Assembly (NCBI GenBank): GCA_040080835.1
Contig: JBEBHP010000020.1
Span: forward strand, 5,900 to 69,899
Source: Micropepsaceae bacterium
Lineage (GTDB): Bacteria; Pseudomonadota; Alphaproteobacteria; Micropepsales; Micropepsaceae
Direction of reading: 5' to 3'
DNA length: 64,000 bases
Part shown: positions 19,880 through 29,200 of the stretch, piece by piece
How the letters are laid out: each line of letters begins with the position of its first letter
Position numbering within the stretch: the stretch's first letter is position 1
Notes under the pieces: model-generated
The model's input: the letters and a program-made list of their open reading frames with translations, nothing else
Databases searched by the model: none
Told to the model about the DNA's origin: nothing
Translations under genes and position numbers: made by a program

Positions 19880-20830
19880 CTAGTTTTTGACCCTTGGCTT
19901 TGCCTTCGCCGCTTTCGCCGCAGCCTTCGTGTCTTCGCTGGCCATGTAGTCGATCAGGGCGGTTGCTTCCTTCTCGCCTAGGCCAAAATTGGGCATCGGC
20001 ATGTCCTTGTACTTGGCCCTGAGCGCGGTTGCGACCGGATCACCTTCTTCGATCATCTTGTCGGGCTCTCTGATCCAGCGGCTCATCCAGTCATGCGGGC
20101 GCGATGACGCGACCCCAAGAAGGTCCGGACCCAGCCGGTCGCCGCTGCCCATTGTGTGGCAGGATACGCAGCGCGTTCGGAAGAGATACTCGCCCCGTGA
20201 CTGCGGCGGCAGTTGCCTTGCCACGGAGTAGTCCTGCTTCGTCCCCGCAATCGAGGTGGCATAGTTCGTCATGCGGTCAGTCAGCAGGTTCGCAAGCACA
20301 ACAGGGTCGTCATAGACCGAGCGCTTGATCCACTGGCCGGTGGTCTCGTTGGCCACCATCACGCTGGTGTCATGGTCGCGTGGCTTGCCCGGCTCGAATA
20401 CGCGCATGGCGAGCTTCTGCTGGATCAGCTTGATGTCTTCCTTGGCGCCCGTCAGGAACAGCCATCCCGGCTTCAGGCCAAAGGTGTGCATGTAGGTCTT
20501 GAGGACCTCGGGCGTGTCATGGTCCGGATCAATGGTGATCGAGTACATGTGGAAGTCCCGACCCACCCTGTCGCCAAGCTGAGCCTGGACCTGCGACAGC
20601 TGCGCCGTGTCCGCCGGGCAGATGTCCTTGCAGTTCGTATAGATGAAGTTGATCGTGACGATCTTGCCCTTCAGCAGGTCGTCATAGAACCGGTACCTGT
20701 TGCCATCCTGGTCGGTCAGTTCGACATTGGGGAAGTAGTTCCCGTGCCACTCGGCCGCAAGCGTCCAGCCAGCTGAACACAGCATCAGCGCAAGGGCCGC
20801 AACCAGGCGAACAGGCAGCTTGTGGCGCAT
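19880..20830 (-). CDS. SCO1/SenC copper chaperone fused to mono-haem cytochrome c
   Basis: Signal peptide, then a thioredoxin-fold SCO motif (FIYTNCKDICP, a CxxxC) with YSITIDPDHDTP. The C-terminal class I cytochrome c domain has CVSCH and a GPDLLGV...MPMPNFGL context. Confidence 0.85.
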   Translation of the reverse strand: MRHKLPVRLVAALALMLCSAGWTLAAEWHGNYFPNVELTDQDGNRYRFYDDLLKGKIVTINFIYTNCKDICPADTAQLSQVQAQLGDRVGRDFHMYSITIDPDHDTPEVLKTYMHTFGLKPGWLFLTGAKEDIKLIQQKLAMRVFEPGKPRDHDTSVMVANETTGQWIKRSVYDDPVVLANLLTDRMTNYATSIAGTKQDYSVARQLPPQSRGEYLFRTRCVSCHTMGSGDRLGPDLLGVASSRPHDWMSRWIREPDKMIEEGDPVATALRAKYKDMPMPNFGLGEKEATALIDYMASEDTKAAAKAAKAKPRVKN

Positions 20831-20849
20831 TCAGGTCTTTCCCAAAAAG

Positions 20850-20877
20850 GTCATGGCCCGCGCGAGCGAGCCATGAC
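20850..20877 (-). other. stem-loop in the MCO-SCO spacer
   Basis: gtcatggc / gccatgac forms an 8-bp inverted repeat with a 12-nt loop inside the 69-nt intergenic spacer. Confidence 0.3.
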
Positions 20878-20899
20878 GGATGTTCAGATGCAAGCCCTA

Positions 20900-23173
20900 T
20901 CAGTTTGCCGTCGGCAGTCCAAATGAAGGCTCATAGAAGGTGCCTTCCCAGGTCTGTCGCGGAGTCGGGATCGCAAGCGTCTGGCCAGGGTTCACCGAGT
21001 CCCACCGCAGAAGCATGGCATGGTCTTCATGCTGCGTGTTGTGGCAGTGCTCCATGTAGGTACCTGCAAATTCCCGGATGCGGATCGCAAGATCGACCGT
21101 TGCCGTCGAGTCGGGTGATACACCGATGCGGTACACGTCCTTGCGGGCGAAGGTTTCCCAGATCGGCGGGGCGACACCGCCACGCTGCAGGATCCGGCCT
21201 TCTTCGAAATGGATGTGCACGGGATGGCTCCAGCTCTGGCCCAGGTTGATCAGGTGCCAGATCTCAAGCGAACCTTTCTTTGGCGCCGCAGAGTAACGGT
21301 GGGGGTCCATGCCAAAGCCCTGGCCGCCGTCCGTCTTGATGGTCCACGGCGCAGCGTCGGTCGCATTCGCGCGGCCAAACTCGAACGTGCGCTGGCGGGC
21401 TGTCGACAGTTCTGCTGGCGTCATGACCGGCAGCGGGATCATCTGCTTCAGTCCTGCAACATACTGGGCAGGGTCCATGCTGAGGTCACTGTAGGTGTAG
21501 CTTGTCGTGTCGACACGGAACTCCATGATGCGTCCAACAGCCGGATCACCTGCGTAGGCGCCGCTGATGATGTCGGCCAGCGGAATTTCCCTGTTCGGAC
21601 CCATGCCGTTCACATGCTCAAGCAAGTTCACCATGTAGAGCTTGGTGCCGTTGGCAAGGTTCTTGAAGTCGATGACGATGTCGTAGCGCTCTGCAATCCC
21701 TTGCGTCGGCAGGTCCTGGCTCTGCGCGTTCGGGAACGGAACCGTGTGCTGCATCAGGTTGCCGTCGTTGGCCACCATGTAGTACGGCACGCGCACGCCT
21801 GCAGCCGTCACGATCGCCAGCTTGAAATAGCGCGAGACCGAGCCGTTCAGGATGCGGAATCGGTAACGTCGAGGACGAACCTTCAGGAATGGCTTGTAGG
21901 TCCAGTTCACGAGGACCCGGTCACCCAGGAAGCCATCCGTGTTCAGCGGATTGAATGTCAGCTGACCATTGGCGTCCCAGGCCTTGTCGGCGACGAGCAG
22001 GTTGACGTCGTAGTCGCGGTTGCCCCAGTCAAGTGCCGTGCCGCTTGGCAGACACATGTTCGGGTTGGCGGCGTTGGTGTAGTTGCACTTCAACCCCTCG
22101 CGACCGCGGTCGATAGATGAGTAGTAGTTCATCATCGCGGCGCTGCCCTTGTAGACATTCTGCGCCGTGAAATCGAGCATGTGGTCATGGAACCAGTGCG
22201 TGCTCATGGTTTCTTTCCAGTCACCACGCAGACGCTTGATGCCGCCGGCACCGTCCGGCATTCCGGCCCAGTCGGTGGTTGCTGTCGTGTTGATGTTGTC
22301 ATAACCCGCGATGATCATCGGCCAGCGATAGTCGTAATACTGGCCAGGAAAGAAGTAGGCGGCGGTATAGCCGTCGCTCTCTGCCGGGTTGTGACCATTG
22401 TGTTCGTGTGTCGACAGCGTGTGGAAGCCGAATCCGTTCGTCGCCGACGCATCAATCGGCAGCATGTTGTAGTGACGGAACAGGACGGGCTCGCCATAGC
22501 GCGCCATCAGCAGCTTCGGTGGCATGGTGCCGTCAAAGGTCCAGACGGAGTTAGCCTGCTGTGCAGGGAAGTTTGGATGGAACCTGACAGCGGTATTGGT
22601 GTTGGTTCCACCGTGATTGTAAAGTCCGCCTGGCTTGAATTCACCGACGGCATAGTGGTGTCGCTGCAGTGAATCTCTCAGTCCAAGGTTGGTGCGCGCG
22701 CCCGCTGAAGCCGACTGGAAGTAGACCTTGGGTGGAAATTCCGTCAGCCGCTGGTGGGCAAAATACTCGCCGCTCGGGCGCCCTTCAGCTGCGCTCTTGG
22801 CAAGCGCCTGGCCAATGCAGGTACCAATCGTTGCGGCCCACGGGTTGGGCTTGGTGGTGTTCGCCAGCCTGGTCATCCCCGGGCTCAGCGCCTGCTTCAG
22901 GAACGTGTCGATCGACGCAGACGCAGGTCCAAGCGTGCAGCTCTGCGGTGCTGGTACCGGCGTACACGTCGCGCAGGTCGTGCCGATATACGGCTTCGTG
23001 CCGAATTCCTCGAACAGCATCATTTCCTGTTCGAATTCACCCGCGTTGAACAGCGGGCTTGCTGGCAAGCCTGTCGGAATGCCTTGCGCGAGCGCCGAGC
23101 CCACGCCGAATGAAGAAGCGCCGCTCGCCAGCAGAATGGCACCCAGCGTCTTCGAGAATTTGTTCCTGACCAT
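20900..23173 (-). CDS. multicopper oxidase (CotA/bilirubin-oxidase-like, 3-domain with long N-terminal extension)
   Basis: All four copper motifs are present: HTLSTHEHNGH, HWFHDHM (22178..22198), HPVHIHFEEG and HCHNTQHEDHAML. There is a Sec-type signal. The start is placed at the ATG at 23173, preceded by AAGGGA; the ORF track begins at a TTG at 23188. Confidence 0.9.
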   Translation of the reverse strand: MVRNKFSKTLGAILLASGASSFGVGSALAQGIPTGLPASPLFNAGEFEQEMMLFEEFGTKPYIGTTCATCTPVPAPQSCTLGPASASIDTFLKQALSPGMTRLANTTKPNPWAATIGTCIGQALAKSAAEGRPSGEYFAHQRLTEFPPKVYFQSASAGARTNLGLRDSLQRHHYAVGEFKPGGLYNHGGTNTNTAVRFHPNFPAQQANSVWTFDGTMPPKLLMARYGEPVLFRHYNMLPIDASATNGFGFHTLSTHEHNGHNPAESDGYTAAYFFPGQYYDYRWPMIIAGYDNINTTATTDWAGMPDGAGGIKRLRGDWKETMSTHWFHDHMLDFTAQNVYKGSAAMMNYYSSIDRGREGLKCNYTNAANPNMCLPSGTALDWGNRDYDVNLLVADKAWDANGQLTFNPLNTDGFLGDRVLVNWTYKPFLKVRPRRYRFRILNGSVSRYFKLAIVTAAGVRVPYYMVANDGNLMQHTVPFPNAQSQDLPTQGIAERYDIVIDFKNLANGTKLYMVNLLEHVNGMGPNREIPLADIISGAYAGDPAVGRIMEFRVDTTSYTYSDLSMDPAQYVAGLKQMIPLPVMTPAELSTARQRTFEFGRANATDAAPWTIKTDGGQGFGMDPHRYSAAPKKGSLEIWHLINLGQSWSHPVHIHFEEGRILQRGGVAPPIWETFARKDVYRIGVSPDSTATVDLAIRIREFAGTYMEHCHNTQHEDHAMLLRWDSVNPGQTLAIPTPRQTWEGTFYEPSFGLPTAN

Positions 23174-23238
23174 GTGACGTCCCTTCAATTTTCTAAGGCA
23201 GATGAAGCATCTTCAGTACTGCCTGATGTCCCCGTTTT

Positions 23239-23269
23239 GGCGCCGCCGGTGCCCCACACCGCCGGCGCC
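23239..23269 (-). terminator. GC-rich stem-loop between peroxidase and MCO genes (possible attenuator or partial terminator)
   Basis: ggcgccgccggtg / caccgccggcgcc are 13-nt arms with one mismatch and a 5-nt loop. There is no U-tract on the transcribed strand. Confidence 0.35.
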
Positions 23270-23285
23270 CATGCCGTTCTCTCAA

Positions 23286-26200
23286 TCAAAGATGGAAGTC
23301 TGTGCTGACCAGGGTCGGCTCAGCCGGTTGCACATAGCCGCGCAACAGGATTTCAAAGTCAGCAGACAGGTTGTCGTTCAGGTTGCCCTGGATCAGTGTC
23401 GAGTCGAGCGAACCATTGCCGTCCGAGTCAAACAGCTGCCACCTGATCTGGCCGGCTGCCAGTGTGGCGCCCACCGTCGGATCGCTGAACGCCGCACTGC
23501 CGATGAAGTCGAAAGCCTGGTTGCCCGAAACCGTGGTGTTCGCATCGATGCTCGTGAGGTCGATGATGTCACCCTCGGCATGGTGGAAGTCCGTGATGAT
23601 CGACCGCCCGCCCCCGGTGCCGACGCCACCGCTCGACAGATACTGGAAGATATCGGCGTCGATCCCACCCGTCATCGTTTCAACACTGTTGCCAGCGATG
23701 AACGTGTCAATGCCGCCACCGCCGACAAACGTCACCGCGTTGGCGCCTCCCGCGGTACGACCCGTGAAGGTGTCGTTGCCCGAACCGCCGATGAAGGTTT
23801 CGATTGTCGACTGCTGCAAAAAGGCTGAAAGAACGTCGGTACCGATGTCCGTTCCGGTCGCGACCGCAAAGAACAGGTTTCCAATCACGTTGTTCAATTG
23901 CACCGTAACCGCATTCGTCGCAGCACTCATGTCAAGTGTGTCCGCACCTGCGCCACCATTGTAGGTATCGTTGCCGTCTCCTACGAACGCGATGAAGGTA
24001 TCGTTGCCATCGTCACCCGCAAGCGTGTTGTTGCCGGTATTTCCGGTGAGTACGTTTGCCAGGTTGTTGCCGGTGCCGTTGATGTTGCCTGTTCCCATCA
24101 GCGTCAGGTTTTCGACGTTGTTTCCAATCGTATAGGTGACGAACGATTGGACTGTGTCGGTGCCTGAACCCGCACCAGCGGCTTCGGTAATCGTGGTCAG
24201 GCCCGTCCCGCCGGTGTTGTGGCGCACGATGTAGGTGTCGTTGCCGAGACCGCCGATGAGCGTGTCCGTACCAGCCGTACCGCCATCCAGCGTGTCATTG
24301 CCGCCATTGCCGCGCAGCGTGTTGTTTGAGGAACTTCCGACAATGATATTGTCGTCGACACTGCCAGTGACATTCTCGATGCGGAACAGCAGGTCAGCGC
24401 CTGTAAGCGCACTCGTCGCCGTCCCACCCTGCGTGAGGTCGTTGGTGTTCGTCAGGTCGACATTCGTGTTACCGGCCGTGGACGCCATGTTGTAGGTGTC
24501 GGTACCCGTGCCGCCATCGTAGGTATCGTTGCCGTCACCAGTGCTTGCAAAGAACGTGTCGTTGCCAGCGCCACCCAGGACAAAGTCATCGCCCAGACCA
24601 GCGGTAATGCTGTCGTTGCCACCATTGCCGAAGATAAGGTCGATAGCAGCAGTGCCGGTGATGTTGTTGCCGCTTGCGGCATCGATGATGTAGTGCACCG
24701 CCGACCCATTCACGGTGTTCGTGTCGCCGTTGCCATCTGTATATGTAGACGTCACGCGGACAAGCCTTCCCGCCGCGCCGGTCGTGCCCGCCGGATTGAA
24801 GAACCGGGTGTCGGCACTGATCTGCGGCGCCGGAACCGGCAGCCAGGTCAAGCCATTGTCAGTTGACGTTTCCCAGACCAGCGTCGTCAGCTCATCAAGA
24901 ATGCCGCCGTCCGGGTCCTGCAGAGTGGAAAGTTGCTGCATCTGTGGAGCATTTGCTCCCACGACGCCTGTAACCGATACGTCTCCGATCAGGATCTCGT
25001 CCGTCACCGCAGGCGACAGGTGTCCTGGCGCGCCATCGTTGATGTTGCCCTGACCGTCCTCGTAGGTGATCGCCACCGAGATCGTATGCCCGATGTCGGT
25101 TTGCTGAACGATGTAGTCAGCGCCAATTGCTCCAGAAATCTCCACGCCGTCCCTGAGCCACTGAAACTGCTCGGAACCACTGGTGATGTCACCATCTGGA
25201 TCAAAGCCCAGGAACGCAGACAGTGAACCACCATTTGCAGCAGTTCCAGTCAGGAACGCAGGCGCCGTCCCGTCATCGACAGGCGCGACCGTGATGTTGA
25301 CCGTCTTTTCAGCACTCTTCAGCAAGCCGTCAAAGGCATAGTACTTGAAGCTGGCTGTACCCGCGAAGTCCTGCGTTGGCAGGAACGTGAACGTGCCGTT
25401 GTTGTTGAGAGTGACGGATCCATTTACCGCAGAACCAGGCACCAGCTTGTAGGCCAACGGATCGTTCGTCGGGTCCTGAGCCGCCAGGACGACACCGTCG
25501 AACAGCGTGTCTTCCAATGCGCCTGTGAGATCCACCGGATCCGCGCTCAGGAAGAATGGTGCACCACCATTGCTTATGACGTTGATGATGAAAGTGTCCG
25601 TCACACCCAGTTCTGTGCCAGGCGACCCGGGCGTGCCGACATCCGTTGCGGTGACAGTGATGCTGATCGGTCCAGTGACATTCACCGTGCCGGTGATGTT
25701 CGCACCCGAGACGCCGCCCAATCCATCTGGAACCAGGGTGAACGTCAGTCCGTTTGCACCAGCCGTACCATCCAGCACATGACCATTCGACGCCAGTTTG
25801 GCCGTATAAATCAGGTTTGTGGACGCGGTCTCGTTGTCCCCGAAAGTGCTTGTGATTGGCAGGAACAGGTTGATCGGAACACCAGTGCGGGCGCCCGTAT
25901 CCGGCAAGCCCGCAGGATTTTGCTGCTGCACCACAAACGGTGCGGTATTGACAGCCAGGTTTGGAAGCAGCAGTGCGGTCGGTGCCGAATTCACCGTTTC
26001 GTGGAACCCTTTGCCGTCCACAAAAGTCTCAACGACACGCAGCGCGTTTCCAAGCACCGCGTTCGTTGGGTTGAACGTCAGGCTGTCCGTGTTGGGGATG
26101 TTGACCCACTGCAAGCCACCGCCTGCGGTGACCATCTGCTGCTGCCACTGGAAATGCACCGATCCAGGTGCGATACCGTCCGAGTCAGTAACCGTCGACA

Positions 26201-29200
26201 CCGCCACTAGCGGAGTCCCGACAAAGGCATTGACCGGCGTCGCAGGGTTGCCATCATCATCGGTGATGATGAGAGAGCCACCAGGCAACGCGTTGTTTAC
26301 CGGTCCGTCTCCGATGTTGATGGTCACGTCCGCGAACTGAAGGCGCTCGATGTTGCGAACCTTGTCCACGCCGTCAGAGATCAGCACGCCGCCTCCGATG
26401 CCGACCGTCGCATTGTGCGTGATCGTGTAGAAGCCTTCTGCGTCCGGCGCGAAGCTGATCGAGTAATTCGAGAACACGTCACGATAGACAGCGGTATCGA
26501 TGTCACCGTCCGTGATGTCCCAACGGATTTCGCGGATGATGTCGGCACCAGCCACGCCGTGCTGAACCAGGTCAACGTGCAGCCACGCATCACCATCGAT
26601 GATGTCGTTGCCACCGCGGCCTGTGATCATGTCACTGCCATCGCCACCAAGAAGAATGTTGCCGTTGTTGAAACCGAGCGGATTCGTTACAGCGGCGATT
26701 GGCGTATCCGGCGCGAAGTTCGCCGCTACACCGCCTGCGAAGAATGTGTTGAGGTTGAAGATCAGGTCAACGTTTGTCAGCTCGTTCATGACACCGGCGG
26801 CACCGCCCCGGTCCTCTGTCCCCTGCATGAAGTCGTCAAACTTCGTGCCGCTGGCAGCTTCAGTTTCGATAAAGAAGTCACGCACCGCGTCACCGGCCAG
26901 CTGTTGCTGGTTCGGAATGAACTCGCGACGCTCCATGTCCAGGCTGACGCCGTACTGTTCTTTTTCGAAGTCGGCCCAGTCAAAGCCCAGCAGTCCGTTA
27001 AACTTGTCGAAGCCGCCTTCGCCCAGCATGATGTCGTCGCCGCTGAAGCCGACCATCTTGTCGCCAAAGGTGCCACCGTCGAGGACGTCGTTGCCCGCGA
27101 AAAGAGGCACTTGACCCGTTGGTGCGCCAGTGTCGCCGACCAGTCCGTCGCCGCCTGCACCACCTTCAAGCCAGTCGTCACCTTCGTTGCCGATCAGTGC
27201 GTCGTCGCTGTCACCACCGATGAGAATGTCGTTGCCGGCACCGCCCTGGGCTTCGTCTCCCAATGTCGCATTGCCGGTTTCAACGTAGTCGTTGCCGGCT
27301 CCGGCAAAGATCAGGTCGTCGCCCTGGCCACCATTGATCCAGTCGTCGCCCTCTTCGCCGTGAATGACGTCGTCGCCGGCGTTGTCGACGATCGTGTCGT
27401 TGCCGGTACCGCCATAGAGGAAATCGTTGCCGTTTCCACCGTCAATCCAGTCATTGCCCGCATCACCCCAGACGGTGTCGTCGTCTGCATGTCCCGCAAG
27501 CAGCCGGTCGTCACCCGCAGTGCCGCCAAGCACCATCGTGTTGCCGAAGAAGTTGTCATCGCCAATGAAGTGGACTGTTCCATCAGGCAACACTTCAACC
27601 AACAGCGCACCTGAAACCGGATTGCGAAGCCAGGTCGAAGAATCCGTTGCGATTCGGTGTCCGTTGATGTCGAGAAGGAAGTCGCCGTTGATGTCCTTCT
27701 GGAAGTACGACCCGGCTTCAATCGTATATTCCGGCGTCAGGAAGATGCTCGCTGGAATGTGTCGCGCGCCCGTATTCGCGATGATCATGTCCGCGAATGA
27801 GTTGTTTTCGATCTGGAATCCGAAGTCCATGCCTTCGATGCGCGGCAGGTAATAGAGCCGGTCGGCATCCTGGAGCGCTTCCAGTTGGGTTTCGAAGATG
27901 AAGTTGAAAGTTGAGCCAAGCAGGCCACCAAACAGGTTCTGCTTTTCGGCCAGACCACCGATCCACAAATCGATCGTATCCAGGCCCGTGACCGAACCCG
28001 TCGCCCACATCGCAGCGTGCGTCACGCCGTCGTCGGCAGTGCCCGGCAAGAGATCCGCACCAACGTCAATGTTCATCAGAGCGTTGTTGATGTGCGACCC
28101 GCCAGCCCACGTGTCGTCGGCCGTATTCAGCTTCGCATCACCGCCGACAACGCGGGTGTTGTTCGCCCAGTCGCCAAGGCTGTGCATGAAGTTGTAGGCA
28201 TCCTGGTGCTGCGCATCACCCGACGCACTGGCAGGGTCTGATCCCATCGTGATCAGATCCAAGGCTGCAGCGCGTTTTGCCAACATGGTCGATGCTGACG
28301 TGATCGACGAATGCGAGCCATAGGCCGCAATGAAGTTGATCAGTGAACCTTCATGCTTGAGGAATTGGCCAAACTCGAGCCAATTCGCATAGGGTTTCAG
28401 CGTTGCATCGTTCGTCGCGTCGTAGATCTGGGCGCGCACGAGGTTCAATGGCGCAACGCCGGTATCGCGGCCACGTGCGATGTTCAACGCGGCAAGGTCG
28501 AGCGGCAGACCCAAAAGGTTGTTTCTCAAGGCGCCGGTGACGAACTCGTCGATTTCGCTACCGATCTGGTGCGTCGCGCCCTGGATGATTTGCTGAGTAC
28601 CATCCGTGCCAAGACTGGCGAACAGCAGCGGGTTGGTAAAGGCCTGGATCAATCCCACATCTGTCAGAACGGGTTGACCATCGGGCCCGATTACCATCGT
28701 ACCGTCTGAGTTCGTTTCGAATATCGGAACGTTTTCGTCGAGCATCGAATGGCCAAAACGGTATACCGCATTGGCAAACTCGGACGTGATCGCCGGATCG
28801 AGGTGAATGTCGTTGTTGCCGAACAGGTGGATGGTTGGCGCTACCTTGCGGGCGAATTCTTCGAACACGAGATGCTGGTATTGCGTTTCGGTACCGAATT
28901 TCGCCGCCTGGAAGATGCGTTCGCCATTCCATTCGCCGGCCTGGATGCCATCCGCAAGGTTGGTGCCGGCCAAGACCCATTCGGAAGCAAAAGCGCTATC
29001 GCCGTTTGCAAGCTCTGCGCGAACCATGTCCTTGATCTGGTTGACCAGGCGATTGTGTTCGCTGTGGAAGATCTCGTGGACGGTTATCAGCGCAATGTTT
29101 TCGTTTACGCGACCATCACCGGCGATGTAGTGCGCATCCAGAAGTTCGTTGTCGTAGGTGCCAGCGCCTGGCGTGTTGCCGGCCAGTGTATCGCCGTCCT

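Noticed and set aside
26415-27614. 399-aa ORF (and several 90-290-aa ORFs) antisense within the RTX/peroxidase gene
   Set aside because: The repetitive GGxGxD coding sequence yields long open antisense frames rich in Val, Ala and Asp. They have no independent start context or motifs.
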